Source: an uncultured Solirubrobacterales bacterium | Lineage (GTDB): Bacteria > Actinomycetota > Thermoleophilia > Solirubrobacterales > Solirubrobacteraceae | Length of the DNA stretch: 64,000 bases | Direction of reading: 5' to 3' | Assembly: GCA_963808605.1 (NCBI GenBank) | Contig: CAWEGQ010000009.1 | Coordinates: forward strand, 472,697 to 536,696 | The notes under the pieces: generated by a model | The model's input: only the letters and a program-made list of their open reading frames with translations | Database searches by the model: none | What the model was told of the DNA's origin: nothing | Made by a program: the position numbers and the translations under genes | Shown here: positions 27,581-37,421 of the stretch, piece by piece | How positions within the stretch are numbered: the stretch's first letter is position 1 | How the letters are laid out: each line of letters opens with the position of its first letter

Positions 27581-28408
27581 GTGTGGCGGAGCGGAGTTTC
27601 GGCCCGACGTTTGTCGGCGTCGGTAATCGCGATTGGGGTCGTGGCCTTGCTTGCGGCGTGTGGAAGCAAGAGCAGTTCGAGCACGACAGCTTCGGTGGGG
27701 GCGCCTTCGCCGAGCAGTTCGTCCGCCGTCAGCCCGCCGGCCAGCGCCGGCGCTTCCGCCCCGACGGTGCTCGCCGCCGCGTCGCTGACGAAGGTATTCC
27801 CCACCATCGACCCGAGCGCTCAGTACACGTTCGGTGGCTCGGGCGCCCTGGAGACCGACATCGAGCAGGGCGCACCGGCTGACGTGTTCGCTGCGGCGAG
27901 TCCAAAGCAGCCGGCCGCGCTGCTGGCCAAGGGTCTGGTCGACAAGCCCGTCGAGTTCGCGACAAACACACTGGTGCTGATCGTGCCCAAGAGCAACCCG
28001 GCGCACATCACGTCGGTCAACGACATCACGAAGCCGGGGGTCAAGCTCGTGATCTGCAATGCGACGGTGCCATGCGGCGACTACGCCCGCACGGCCTTCA
28101 CGAACCTCGGGATCACCGCTCCCGCGATGAAGAATGTCGTCAGCCAGACGACCGACGTGACGCAAACCGTCGCGGAGGTTGCACTCGGGCAGGCTGACGC
28201 GGGCTTCGTCTACATCACCGACGCCGAGGCGGCGAAGGGCAAGGTCGCCGTGGTCCGGCTGCCGGCCAAGGCCAAGCCCGGAGCCAAGGATTTCATCGCG
28301 GTGGTCAAATCCGGCAAGAACCAGGCTGCGGCAAACGCGTTTCTGGCGATGGTGCTCTCGCCCGCGGGACAGGCCAAGCTCAAGGCGGCCGGGTTCGGCA
28401 AGCCGTGA
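27581..28408 (+). CDS. modA: Molybdate ABC transporter substrate-binding lipoprotein
   Basis: GTG start behind AAGGAGG; lipobox LLAACGS; VLAAASLTKVF, FGGSGAL and DAGFVYITDA motifs of ModA. Confidence 0.9.
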   Translation: MWRSGVSARRLSASVIAIGVVALLAACGSKSSSSTTASVGAPSPSSSSAVSPPASAGASAPTVLAAASLTKVFPTIDPSAQYTFGGSGALETDIEQGAPADVFAAASPKQPAALLAKGLVDKPVEFATNTLVLIVPKSNPAHITSVNDITKPGVKLVICNATVPCGDYARTAFTNLGITAPAMKNVVSQTTDVTQTVAEVALGQADAGFVYITDAEAAKGKVAVVRLPAKAKPGAKDFIAVVKSGKNQAAANAFLAMVLSPAGQAKLKAAGFGKP

Positions 28409-29250
28409 GTCGGCTCGGTCGGCTGGCCCTCGCCGCCGGGATCGCGATCGTGATCGCGGTCGTGCTCGGCTTCCTGTTGGTGCCGATCATTGCGCTGATC
28501 ACCTATCAACCCGTTCGAGACCTGATCCACGGGTTCGGGACGAAGGTCGCGACTGATGCGATTCTCGTGTCGCTGAAGACAAACGCGGCCGCCTTCACGC
28601 TCATGGTAGGACTCGGCACCCCGTTCGCGTACATCCTCGCCCGATCGCGGTTCCGCGGTCGCAGCGTGCTGGTCACCGTGGTCGAGCTACCGCTGGTCAT
28701 GCCGCCGGCGGTGGCCGGACTCGCGTTGTTGGTCGCGTTCGGGCGCTTCGGTCTGCTCGGACACACGCTGAGTGCGCTCGGGGTGGATCTCGCATTCACC
28801 CAGGCCGCGGTGGTGATCGCGATCCTGTTCGTCGCGAGCCCGTTCTACCTGCGCGGCGCGATCGCGGCGTTCGAAGCCATCGACTCAAACCTGATCGATG
28901 TCGCCCGGACACTGGGCGCCGGGCCCTTTCGCCGGATGCTGCGGGTGGCGATCCCACTCGCAGCCGGCGGGCTGGGAGCAGCGGCGGCGGTCGCGTTCGC
29001 GCGCGGATTGGGCGAGTTCGGCGCGACGATCCTGTTCGCGGGGAGCTTCCAGGGCAGCACTCAGACGCTGCCGCTCGCCGTGTATTCCCTATTTGACGCG
29101 AACCTCGACCAGGCGATCGCGATCGGGGTGCTCCTGATAATGCTGAGCGCTGCGATCCTGCTCACATCGAAGCTGTTCGTGCGCTCGTGGACCTCCTCGA
29201 AATCGACATCGCTCTCGCCCGGCGGTCGTTCGATCTTCGCGCCGCCCTGA
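28405..29250 (+). CDS. modB: Molybdate ABC transporter permease
   Basis: GTGA overlap with modA; EAA-loop-like IDVARTLGAGPFRRMLRVAIPLA; six TM helices. Confidence 0.9.
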   Translation: MSRLGRLALAAGIAIVIAVVLGFLLVPIIALITYQPVRDLIHGFGTKVATDAILVSLKTNAAAFTLMVGLGTPFAYILARSRFRGRSVLVTVVELPLVMPPAVAGLALLVAFGRFGLLGHTLSALGVDLAFTQAAVVIAILFVASPFYLRGAIAAFEAIDSNLIDVARTLGAGPFRRMLRVAIPLAAGGLGAAAAVAFARGLGEFGATILFAGSFQGSTQTLPLAVYSLFDANLDQAIAIGVLLIMLSAAILLTSKLFVRSWTSSKSTSLSPGGRSIFAPP

Positions 29251-30209
29251 ACGTCGGCGCCGAGACGATCGCGATCGTCGGCCCGTCCGGTGCCGGCAAG
29301 ACCTCGTTGTTGCGTTCGGTCGCCGGGCTCGAACGGTCGTGCGCTGGGCGGATTGCGCTCGCCGGCGAGCTGTGGCTCGAAAGCGCACGGGGAATCCATC
29401 TCAGCCCGGAGCGTCGTCGCGTTGGCTATCTACCGCAGGACTACGGTCTCTTCCCGCATCTCACAGTGGCGGGCAACGTGCGGTTCGCCGCCAAGCGCGA
29501 CCGGCCTGACCTACTCGAGCGTCTCGGGGTCGCCCACCTCGCTCACACGCGGCCCCGTCAGCTCTCCGGCGGCGAGCGCCAACGTGTGGCGCTCGCACGC
29601 GCACTCGCGCGCGAGCCCAGGGTGCTGCTGCTTGACGAGCCATTCGGCGCGCTCGACACGATCACCCGCCGGCAGGTACGCGACGAGCTCGCCGACATCC
29701 TCAGCGAACTCGGGCTCCCGGCTCTGTTGGTCACCCACGCCTTCGAGGACGCGGCCGTGCTGGCCGAGCGGATCGGGGTGATCGATCGCGGCCGGCTCGT
29801 GCAGCTCGGGGTGTCCTCCGAGCTGTTCGCTGCACCGGCGAGCGTGCTGGTCGCCGCGCTAACCGGTGCGAACATCGTCGAAGGAACGGCGATAGCAACG
29901 GACACCGGTTCGACCGTGCATCTGAGCGGCGGTGGTGCTCTGACCACAGCCACGCCCGCACACGGCCCGGTTCAGATCGCCATTCAGCCCTGGGAGTTGG
30001 AACTCGCCGACCCTTCAACCAGCAGCCTCACCGACAGGGTTCTGAGTGTCCGCCAGGACCGCGGGGGCGTTTCGATCCGCCTTACTCGGTTCACGATTAC
30101 GACTTCGTCGATTGCGAGCGGATGGCCGGTCGCCGAAGGTACGCTCGTGGGGGTGCGGGCCGTGCCTCACGATGTGCGTGTGTTCCGTTCCGTCGGATCG
30201 ATCCCCTGA
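29187..30209 (+). CDS. modC: Molybdenum ABC transporter ATP-binding protein with C-terminal TOBE-like domain
   Basis: Walker A GPSGAGKTS, signature LSGGERQRVALARAL, Walker B LLLDEPFGALD; overlaps modB by 64 nt. Confidence 0.9.
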   Translation: MDLLEIDIALARRSFDLRAALNVGAETIAIVGPSGAGKTSLLRSVAGLERSCAGRIALAGELWLESARGIHLSPERRRVGYLPQDYGLFPHLTVAGNVRFAAKRDRPDLLERLGVAHLAHTRPRQLSGGERQRVALARALAREPRVLLLDEPFGALDTITRRQVRDELADILSELGLPALLVTHAFEDAAVLAERIGVIDRGRLVQLGVSSELFAAPASVLVAALTGANIVEGTAIATDTGSTVHLSGGGALTTATPAHGPVQIAIQPWELELADPSTSSLTDRVLSVRQDRGGVSIRLTRFTITTSSIASGWPVAEGTLVGVRAVPHDVRVFRSVGSIP

Positions 30210-30229
30210 GCCTTCAGATAGGAGCACGT

Positions 30230-31372
30230 ATGCAGGAGCTGAGCCTGGGAGTGGTCGGGACGTCGCGCAAACCCGACGAGCGCCGGCTGCCAATCCACGC
30301 CGCGCACCTGGAGCGAATCGACGCAGGTCTGCGGCGCCGGATGGTCTTCGAACGTGGCTATGGGGAGCGCTTCGGCATCTCGGATGAGCGACTGGCGGCG
30401 CAGGTCGGTGGCCTGCGTTCCCGCGAGCAGCTGATGGCCGAGTGTGAGGTCGTGGTGCTTCCCAAACCCTTGGCCGAGGATCTGACCGTGCTTTCGCCCG
30501 GCCAGGTGCTGTGGGGGTGGCCACACTGCGTGCAGGACGAGGCGATGACCCAGGCAGCGATCGATCGTCGCCTGACGGTCATCGCCTGGGAGGCCATGAA
30601 TCACTGGACCGACGACGACAGCTTCAGCCTGCACGTCTTTCATAAGAACAACGAGCTCGCCGGCTACTGCTCTGTGCTGCACGCATTGCAGCTGATCGGC
30701 ACGACTGGGTCATACGGCCGGCGCTTGCGGGCGGCGGTGATCAGTTTCGGCGCGACCGCTCGGGGCGCGGTGACCGCGCTGTTCGCACTCGGGGTGCACG
30801 ACGTGACGGTGCTCACCCACCGCAGCATCTCCGCCGTCGCGGCGCCAATCGCGCCCGCGCGGTTGGTCAACTACGAGCGGGACCCCGAGCGTCCCTCTCG
30901 GACGCTGGCGCTGAGCAGCGCCGGGAGCAGCTCGGTAGCCGAGCTGCTCGCCGAGCACGACATCGTCGTCAACTGCATCCTGCAGGACACCGACGCGCCA
31001 CTCATGTTCGTTATGAACGACGAACTCGCACTCTTTACGTCCCGCAGCCTGTTCATCGACGTCTCCTGCGACGAGGGCATGGGCTTCGAGTGGGCGCGCC
31101 CGACCTCGTTTGCTGAGCCGATGTTGACCGTCGGAGCGGGCGCGCGCTACTACGCCGTCGATCACAGCCCTTCGTACCTGTGGGACTCGGCGACCTGGGA
31201 GATCAGCGAGGCGCTGATCCCATTCCTCGCGACCGTCATGTCCGGTGGCCGGGCGTGGGACGTCGATCAGACGATCCATCGAGCGATCGAGATCCGCGAT
31301 GGAATCGTTCAGAACCCGAGGATTCTGTCCTTCCAGGCCCGCTCGCCGACGTTCCCCCACCCGAAGCAATGA
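30230..31372 (+). CDS. Alanine dehydrogenase/PNT-family NAD(P)-dependent enzyme (N5-(carboxyethyl)ornithine synthase-like)
   Basis: MQELSLGVVGTSRKPDERRLPIH N-terminus and AAVISFGATARGAV Rossmann-like motif. The family call is approximate. Confidence 0.65.
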   Translation: MQELSLGVVGTSRKPDERRLPIHAAHLERIDAGLRRRMVFERGYGERFGISDERLAAQVGGLRSREQLMAECEVVVLPKPLAEDLTVLSPGQVLWGWPHCVQDEAMTQAAIDRRLTVIAWEAMNHWTDDDSFSLHVFHKNNELAGYCSVLHALQLIGTTGSYGRRLRAAVISFGATARGAVTALFALGVHDVTVLTHRSISAVAAPIAPARLVNYERDPERPSRTLALSSAGSSSVAELLAEHDIVVNCILQDTDAPLMFVMNDELALFTSRSLFIDVSCDEGMGFEWARPTSFAEPMLTVGAGARYYAVDHSPSYLWDSATWEISEALIPFLATVMSGGRAWDVDQTIHRAIEIRDGIVQNPRILSFQARSPTFPHPKQ

Positions 31373-31411
31373 CGCCGGCCGCCGGAGTTCGACCGCCCGG
31401 CGGCGTAGCGG

Positions 31412-31957
31412 CTATCCGGCTGACCGGGGGCGCTCGGCCAGCATCGTCTCGGTGAACCGGACGGCCGCGGTCGTGTTCTGCAGGCGCCAGAGCAGGAGCG
31501 TCCGATCGAACCCCACCGCGGCGTCGGCCGCCGCGGCGAGCCCCTCGGCGCGTAGCGAGAACTGCTCCCTCTGAGCCGCCAGCAGCGGCTCGGTGTCGGC
31601 CTCACGGCGACTCAGGAACAGCAGTTTGAGCATCAGCAGCGAACGGGCGTCGCGCACGTGAGCGACCGGGTCTCCGAGCCAGTGCTCGACCGCGGCCACA
31701 CCCGTCGGAGTCGGCTCGAGGACGGTTCGCCGCGGGCCGGCGCGACTCGGGAGGGTTTCTCCGGCGCGGATCAGGCCCAGCCGGGTCAGCGTCTCGAGCG
31801 CGCGATAGACCAGCGGCCGGCGCAGCGTCCAGACCTGGCCCACCTCGCCGTCGGGCGATAGCGCGCGGGCCAGCGCGAAACCGTGCGCGGGCTGCTCGGC
31901 GAGCAGGGCGAGCACGGCCCATTCGCCGACGGTGAGTTCCTCGCGAGCCCGCGGCAT
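31412..31957 (-). CDS. PadR family transcriptional regulator
   Basis: EWAVLALLAEQPAHGFALARAL...RPLVYRALETLTRLGLI is a typical PadR wHTH. Confidence 0.8.
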   Translation of the reverse strand: MPRAREELTVGEWAVLALLAEQPAHGFALARALSPDGEVGQVWTLRRPLVYRALETLTRLGLIRAGETLPSRAGPRRTVLEPTPTGVAAVEHWLGDPVAHVRDARSLLMLKLLFLSRREADTEPLLAAQREQFSLRAEGLAAAADAAVGFDRTLLLWRLQNTTAAVRFTETMLAERPRSAG

Positions 31958-32076
31958 GGTTCCGCCAACGCTAACGCGCGGGGCCGAGGCGTGGCTCGCG
32001 GAAATCCGCCGTAATCGGTAGTCAACGATGGACAGCGTGGGTGCGAGCCCCAGGCCGTACCATTGTCCCCGGCACA

Positions 32077-32490
32077 ATGACCAGTGGGGGAGAAGCATCC
32101 GACTCGCCGGAACCGGCTCCGGCTTCATTCGCGGTTCGACGGCACAACCTCGACCGAGGAACTTGCGTACTCGCGTTCGAGGGGGAGCTGGACATCGCTT
32201 CGGCCACCAGGTTCAAGCAGGAGTTGCACGAACCCCTGGGCGCGGACGTCCGCAGGATCGTGCTGGATCTCGCGCAGGTCACCTTCATCGACTCGACCGC
32301 GCTCGGCGTGCTGGTCAGCGTCAACTACGAGCGGAGGCTCGTCGCGGGGGAGGGTCTGGTGATGGCCGGCGTACGCCCGAGCGTCATGAAGGTCCTCGAG
32401 GTCACGGGCCTGGTCGGATCGTTCGATATCACCGCGGACGTCGAGACCGCGCTGTCCCGGGGCCGCGACGAGGCGTCCGGTCCGGAATGA
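32077..32490 (+). CDS. STAS-domain anti-sigma-factor antagonist
   Basis: LAFEGELDIASATRFKQEL...LDLAQVTFIDSTALGVLV is the SpoIIAA-like motif (conserved Ser in DST). Start is 32041 or 32077. Confidence 0.8.
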   Translation: MTSGGEASDSPEPAPASFAVRRHNLDRGTCVLAFEGELDIASATRFKQELHEPLGADVRRIVLDLAQVTFIDSTALGVLVSVNYERRLVAGEGLVMAGVRPSVMKVLEVTGLVGSFDITADVETALSRGRDEASGPE

Positions 32491-32514
32491 CCGCGAAGTA
32501 ATAGCCTTCCGCTG

Positions 32515-33753
32515 ATGGCCGCCGACCTCGGTTCGATCGACTTCTGGGGCGAGCCGGCCGAGCAGCGCGACGTTTACTTCGAGCAGCTGCGACAGGAGGC
32601 GCCGATTTCCCGGCACGAGCCTCCGGAGGACATTCTCGGCCTCCCCGACCAGGGGCGGATGCACTATTGGGCGATCGTTCGCTACGAGGACGTGCGCCGG
32701 ATCTCACGGGACCCGGCGACGTTCTGCTCGGGCGAGGGCGTCCAGTTCGCCGACGCACCGCCGGAGATGCTCGAGGCATCACAGTCGTTCCTGGCCATGG
32801 ATGCACCGCGGCACAGCAAGCTGCGCGGGCTGGTGTCCGCCGCCTTCACGCCCCGCCAGGTCGCCCGGATCGAGGCCGGGATCCGCGTCAACGCGCAGCG
32901 GATCATCGAGGAGGCGGCGCCCACCGGTGGAGGCGACTTCGTCGACCTGATCGCCAAGCGGCTCCCGCTCCAGACGATCTCCGACATGCTCGGGGTGCCC
33001 GAGGCGGATCGTCAGCGGGTGATGGAGGCCGCCGATACGTTGATCGCCGCCGCCGACCCGGAGGTGTTCGGCGACCGTCAGCCGATCGAGGTGCTCGGCG
33101 GCGCGCTGTGGACGCTGACCGAGTTCGCCACCGAGCTGGCCAAACACCGCGAACAGCATCCCGGCGAGGACCTGATGACCGCGCTGGTCCAGGCCGAGGT
33201 CGACGGCGAGCGGCTCACCCATCCCGAGATCGCCGCCTTCCTGGTTCTGCTCTCGGTGGCCGGCAACGACACGTCCCGGCACACCACCTCGCACGCGCTG
33301 CGGGCGCTGACGCTCAATCCCGATCAACGAGCGCTACTGCTCGAGGATCTCGACGCCCGGCTTCCGGATGCCGTCGAGGAGTTCGTCCGCTGGGCCTCGC
33401 CGGTGCTGACCTTCCGGCGCACCACGACGCGCGAGGTCGAGCTCCACGGGCGAGCACTGGAAGCGGGGGAGAAGGTGGTGCTCTTCTACCACTCGGCCAA
33501 CCGGGACGAGCTGGCCTTCCCCGACCCGTGGCGCTTCGACGTGACCCGCAACCCGAACCGGCACCTCGGTTTCGGCGGCGGCGGCCCCCATTACTGCATG
33601 GGTGCCTCGCTGGCTCGGATGCAGCTCAGGGCGATCTTCGCGGAGATGATGCGGGTGATGCCCGACATCGAGGCCGGCGAGCCCGAACTGCTCCGCAGCG
33701 CATTCATCCACGGCATCAAGCGGATGCCGTGCAGCTTCACCGCCCGTGGCTGA
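32515..33753 (+). CDS. Cytochrome P450
   Basis: Heme loop FGGGGPHYCMGASLAR, ExxR (EEFVRW), I-helix AGNDTS. Confidence 0.9.
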   Translation: MAADLGSIDFWGEPAEQRDVYFEQLRQEAPISRHEPPEDILGLPDQGRMHYWAIVRYEDVRRISRDPATFCSGEGVQFADAPPEMLEASQSFLAMDAPRHSKLRGLVSAAFTPRQVARIEAGIRVNAQRIIEEAAPTGGGDFVDLIAKRLPLQTISDMLGVPEADRQRVMEAADTLIAAADPEVFGDRQPIEVLGGALWTLTEFATELAKHREQHPGEDLMTALVQAEVDGERLTHPEIAAFLVLLSVAGNDTSRHTTSHALRALTLNPDQRALLLEDLDARLPDAVEEFVRWASPVLTFRRTTTREVELHGRALEAGEKVVLFYHSANRDELAFPDPWRFDVTRNPNRHLGFGGGGPHYCMGASLARMQLRAIFAEMMRVMPDIEAGEPELLRSAFIHGIKRMPCSFTARG

Positions 33754-33774
33754 GGGCGAGAATATGATCAGCGG

Positions 33775-34731
33775 ATGCCAGACCTCGGACCTGCGGTAAG
33801 CACCGTCATCCACAAGTGCCTCGGAGTCCGGGCCGGCGAGGACGTCCTGGTGGTCGTGGACAGCCCCACGCGCGGGATCGGAGAGGCCCTGCGCGAGGAG
33901 GCCGCGGATGCGGGAGCCGACGCGGTGCTCGCGGTGATGGACCCGCGCGCCAACGATGGGACGGAGCCGGCGCGGGCGATCGCCGCCGCCTGGCTCGGCT
34001 GCGATGTGTTCATCGCGCCGACGAGTCGATCGCTCAGTCACACGGTCGCGCGCAAGGCGGCGACCGATGCCGGCGCCCGGGGAGCGACGATGCCGGGCGT
34101 CACCGAGGACATGCTCGCCCGCGTGATGGCCGTCGACTTCGACCAGATGGCCGGCCGCTCGCGCGCGGTCGCGGCCGTGCTCGACGCGGGGGCGATCGCC
34201 CGGGTCACCTGCCCGCTGGGGACGCAGCTGACGCTGGACCTGACCACCCGCCCCGGGATCTCCGACGACGGGGATCTGACGGCCGCCGGAGCCTTTGGAA
34301 ACCTGCCCTGCGGCGAGGGCTTCATCGCCCCGATCGGCGGCGAGGGGCAGATCGTCGCCTCCAGCTTGGCGCCGCTCGGGCTGAGCGACGAGCCGGCGAC
34401 GCTGACGGTGGCCGATGGCCGGATCGTCGCGGCGGCGGGTGGACTCGGGCCGGACTATCTGGAGCGGCTGCAGGCGCACGGCGAGCTCGGCGTCAACCTC
34501 GCGGAGCTCGGCGTCGGCACCAACGACCGGGCGATGCTGACCGGAAACATCCTCGAGGACGAGAAGCTCCTGGGCAGTGTGCACGTCGCCTTCGGCGCCA
34601 GCGCGGGGATCGGCGGCACCGTGTCGGTGCCGATCCACCTCGACGTGGTGATCCTCGACGCCAGCCTCGAGGTGGACGGCCGGCCGATTCTCGAAGCCGG
34701 GCGTTACGTGCTCCCTGAGCACGTGATGTGA
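33775..34731 (+). CDS. M29-family (aminopeptidase T-like) metallopeptidase homolog
   Basis: GNLPCGEGF and GSVHVAFG motifs resemble M29 metal ligand regions; shorter (318 aa) than typical members. Confidence 0.7.
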   Translation: MPDLGPAVSTVIHKCLGVRAGEDVLVVVDSPTRGIGEALREEAADAGADAVLAVMDPRANDGTEPARAIAAAWLGCDVFIAPTSRSLSHTVARKAATDAGARGATMPGVTEDMLARVMAVDFDQMAGRSRAVAAVLDAGAIARVTCPLGTQLTLDLTTRPGISDDGDLTAAGAFGNLPCGEGFIAPIGGEGQIVASSLAPLGLSDEPATLTVADGRIVAAAGGLGPDYLERLQAHGELGVNLAELGVGTNDRAMLTGNILEDEKLLGSVHVAFGASAGIGGTVSVPIHLDVVILDASLEVDGRPILEAGRYVLPEHVM

Positions 34732-35585
34732 CGCTGCTCGCGATTCCGAACGTCTCCGAGGGTCGCGACGCCGGCCGGATCGCCGAGATCGCCCGGAGCT
34801 TCGACGCACGGCTGCTCGGCGTCCACTCGGACCCCGATCACCACCGCAGCGTGTTCACCCTGGCCGGAGCGCCGGGGCAGCTCGCGCTCGGTGTGCTGGG
34901 CGGCGCCGCTGCCGTCGTCCGCCTGGTCGACCTGCGCGGCCATCGGGGCATCCATCCCCGGGTGGGGGCGCTCGATGTGGCGCCGATCGTGTACCTCGGC
35001 GACTCCGAGCGGGGGGCGGCCTGCGCCGAGGCGCTGGTCCTCGCGGATCTGTTGGGCGAGCGACTCGGCCTTCCGGTGTTCCTCTACGGCGAGCTCGCGG
35101 GTGGCCGGACCCGCGCGCAGCTGCGCCGGGGCGGACCGGAGGAGCTGGCCCGGCGAATCGAGGCGGGCGAGCTGACCCCGGACTTCGGCCCTGTGAGGCT
35201 GCATCCGACCGCCGGGGCGGTCCTGGTCGCCGCCCGCCCTCCGCTGATCGCGTTCAACGTCGAGCTCTCCGCGCCGGCCACGCTCGCGCAGGCCAGGGCG
35301 ATCGCCGCGCGGATCCGCGAGTCATCGCCGGGCGGGCTCCCGGGAGTCAGGGCACTCGGCCTCTGGTTGGAGCACCGTGGCGTCGCCCAGGTCTCGACGA
35401 ACCTCGAGGCTTACCGCGAGGCCGGGCCCGCCGACGTGCTCGCGGCGATCGCGCGCGACGCCGATCCGGCCGAGGCAGAACTGGTCGGGCTCGCCCCCCG
35501 GGCCGCATTCGCCGACTTTCCGAGCTCGGTCCCGGTCCGGAACCTGCGCCTGCTGGAGGACGCGCTGCAGACTTCGGACCTCTGA
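34728..35585 (+). CDS. Glutamate formimidoyltransferase (FTCD N-terminal domain type)
   Basis: GTG start overlapping the upstream stop; LLAIPNVSEGRD matches the hallmark PNxSEGR motif. Confidence 0.8.
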   Translation: MTLLAIPNVSEGRDAGRIAEIARSFDARLLGVHSDPDHHRSVFTLAGAPGQLALGVLGGAAAVVRLVDLRGHRGIHPRVGALDVAPIVYLGDSERGAACAEALVLADLLGERLGLPVFLYGELAGGRTRAQLRRGGPEELARRIEAGELTPDFGPVRLHPTAGAVLVAARPPLIAFNVELSAPATLAQARAIAARIRESSPGGLPGVRALGLWLEHRGVAQVSTNLEAYREAGPADVLAAIARDADPAEAELVGLAPRAAFADFPSSVPVRNLRLLEDALQTSDL

Positions 35586-35622
35586 GCCGAGCGGTGCCGG
35601 CTCACGTGAGCCACGCCTGACA

Positions 35623-35659
35623 CGGAGTCACTTTTCCCCGATACAGGGAAAAGTGACTC
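35623..35659. repeat. AT-rich palindromic repeat element, copy 2
   Basis: GGAGTCACTTTTCCC-CGATACA-GGGAAAAGTGACTCC, followed by AAGT as in copy 1, between convergent genes (formimidoyltransferase and catalase). Confidence 0.8.
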
Positions 35660-35728
35660 CAAGTGGGGCCCGGGCCGGGCGGGGCAGCCGACCCTCGCGC
35701 TCGACCGGCCCCAACTGACGGAGCGCTC

Positions 35729-37267
35729 CTAGAGCCCGGTGGAGGCTCCGCTGCCGACCGGCATGCCGTCCTTGCCGGCGCCATTGGCCGGAGCGTGGTC
35801 GTAGTCCGGCCCGCCGGCGTCCTTGATGCCCTGGGCCACCGTCGCGCCGAGATCCTGGTCGACGTTGGTCCAGTACTCGACGACGCGCTTCTGCATTTCC
35901 GCGGAGACCGCGTTGGTGGCGTGCCCGACGATGTTGGAGGCGAGGTTGGCGCGATCCTGGTCGGAGAGCACCTTCCGCACCAGCGTGCCCGCCTGGCCAA
36001 AGTCGTCGTCATCGCGGCGCTTGGTGTAGGCGTGGCGAACCATCTCGCCGCCTTCGACGCCCCAGACCGTCTCGGCGAAGCTCGGATCGGCCTGCGGACC
36101 GCCGTGGCTGTTGGGCGCGTACACCGGCTGGTTGCCGTTGTGCCGGTAGCGCATGGCGCCGTCCTTGTTGTAGCTGTTGACCTCGGACTTCGGCTGGTTG
36201 ATCGGCAACTGCAGGTAGTTGGTGCCGATCCGGTAGCGGTGGGTGTCGGGGTAGCTGAACAGCCGCCCGAGCAGCATCTTGTCCGGGCTCGCGCCGATCC
36301 CCCGCACCATGTTGGCGGGCTCGAACGCGGCCTGCTCCACCTCGGCGAAGTAGTTCTCCGGGTTGCGGTCGAGCACCATCCGGCCGACCGTGATCTCCGG
36401 GTAGTCGCCGTGGGGCCAGACCTTGGTCAGGTCGAACGGGTTGAAGCGGTAGTCGGCCGCGTCGGCGAACGGCATGATCTGCATCTTCAGCGTCCACTCC
36501 GGCGCATCGCCCTTGGCGATCGACTCGAACAGGTCCCGGATGTGAAAGTCCGGCTCATCGGCGACCATCGCCTTGGCCTCGTCGTCGGTGAAGTTGTCCG
36601 CGCCCTGGACGGTCTTGAAGTGGTACTTGACCCAGAACTTCTCGCCGCCCTCGTTCTCCCACAGGAACGTGTGGCTGCTGTAGCCGTTCATGTTCCGCCA
36701 GGTGCGGGGGGTGCCGCGGTCCGACATCAGGATCGTGACCTGGTGGGCCGATTCGGGCGACAGCGTCCAGAAATCCCACTGCATGTCATTGCTGCGCAGG
36801 TTCGTATCGGGCAGCCGCTTCTGGGAATGGATGAAGTCCTGGAACTTCGACGGGTCCCGTACGAAGAAGACCGGCGTGTTGTTGCCGACCATGTCGTAGT
36901 TGCCCTCTTCGGTATAGAACTTGATCGCGAAGCCGCGGGGGTCGCGCACGGTGTCCGGGCTGCCGAGCTCGCCGGCCACCGTCGAGAAGCGAATGAACAG
37001 CGGGGTCCTCTTCCCGGGCTGGAGGAAGTCGGCCTTGCAGTACTGCGAGACGTCCTCGGTCACCTCGAAGAAGCCGTGCGCGCCGCCCCCCTTGGCGTGG
37101 ACCACTCGCTCGGGGACGCGTTCGCGGTTGAACTGGGCCATCTTCTGGATGACGTAGTGATCCTGAAGCAGAATCGGGCCGTCGGGCCCAACCGTCAGGG
37201 AATGCTCATCGCTGGCCGCCGGAATCCCGGCGTCGGTGGTCGTGCGGGGAGGCTGTCCATCGCTCAT
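35729..37267 (-). CDS. katA: Monofunctional heme catalase (small-subunit type)
   Basis: RERVPERVVHAKGGGAHGFFEV, FDLTKVWPH, RLFSYPDTHRYRIG are canonical catalase motifs. Confidence 0.95.
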   Translation of the reverse strand: MSDGQPPRTTTDAGIPAASDEHSLTVGPDGPILLQDHYVIQKMAQFNRERVPERVVHAKGGGAHGFFEVTEDVSQYCKADFLQPGKRTPLFIRFSTVAGELGSPDTVRDPRGFAIKFYTEEGNYDMVGNNTPVFFVRDPSKFQDFIHSQKRLPDTNLRSNDMQWDFWTLSPESAHQVTILMSDRGTPRTWRNMNGYSSHTFLWENEGGEKFWVKYHFKTVQGADNFTDDEAKAMVADEPDFHIRDLFESIAKGDAPEWTLKMQIMPFADAADYRFNPFDLTKVWPHGDYPEITVGRMVLDRNPENYFAEVEQAAFEPANMVRGIGASPDKMLLGRLFSYPDTHRYRIGTNYLQLPINQPKSEVNSYNKDGAMRYRHNGNQPVYAPNSHGGPQADPSFAETVWGVEGGEMVRHAYTKRRDDDDFGQAGTLVRKVLSDQDRANLASNIVGHATNAVSAEMQKRVVEYWTNVDQDLGATVAQGIKDAGGPDYDHAPANGAGKDGMPVGSGASTGL

Positions 37268-37421
37268 CGCGTGCGGCTCCTGTTTCGGGTCGTGGAGGTC
37301 TGGCGCAAGTCCATCCTTAAACTCCTACCCGGTCGGTCGCGGCCCTCACGCGGTTCCGACGCAAAATAATCGGCGGTTTCCAGGAGTCGGTACGGGCGAA
37401 GGCTCTAAGCTCCCAGTGGCC

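Noticed and set aside
27533-28165. N-terminal 210-codon extension of the mod regulator ORF (26486-28165 minus). Similar extensions occur at 23712-24107, 5147-5323, 20669-20860, 54068-54730 and 54962-55309
   Set aside because: The extensions are Arg-rich, overlap oppositely oriented real genes or riboswitch and leader regions, and precede internal starts that have SD sequences and family-typical N-termini.
32487-32501. Tiny ORF (MTAK) just upstream of the cytochrome P450, considered as a biarylitide-like minimal RiPP precursor
   Set aside because: It has no aromatic or His residues of the kind cross-linked in known P450-modified mini-peptides, no SD, and it overlaps the STAS gene stop. It is most likely fortuitous.
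35663-37369. 568-aa plus-strand ORF
   Set aside because: It lies entirely antisense to the catalase gene, whose product carries canonical catalase motifs. Its composition is Val/Gly/Arg/Ala-rich low complexity.
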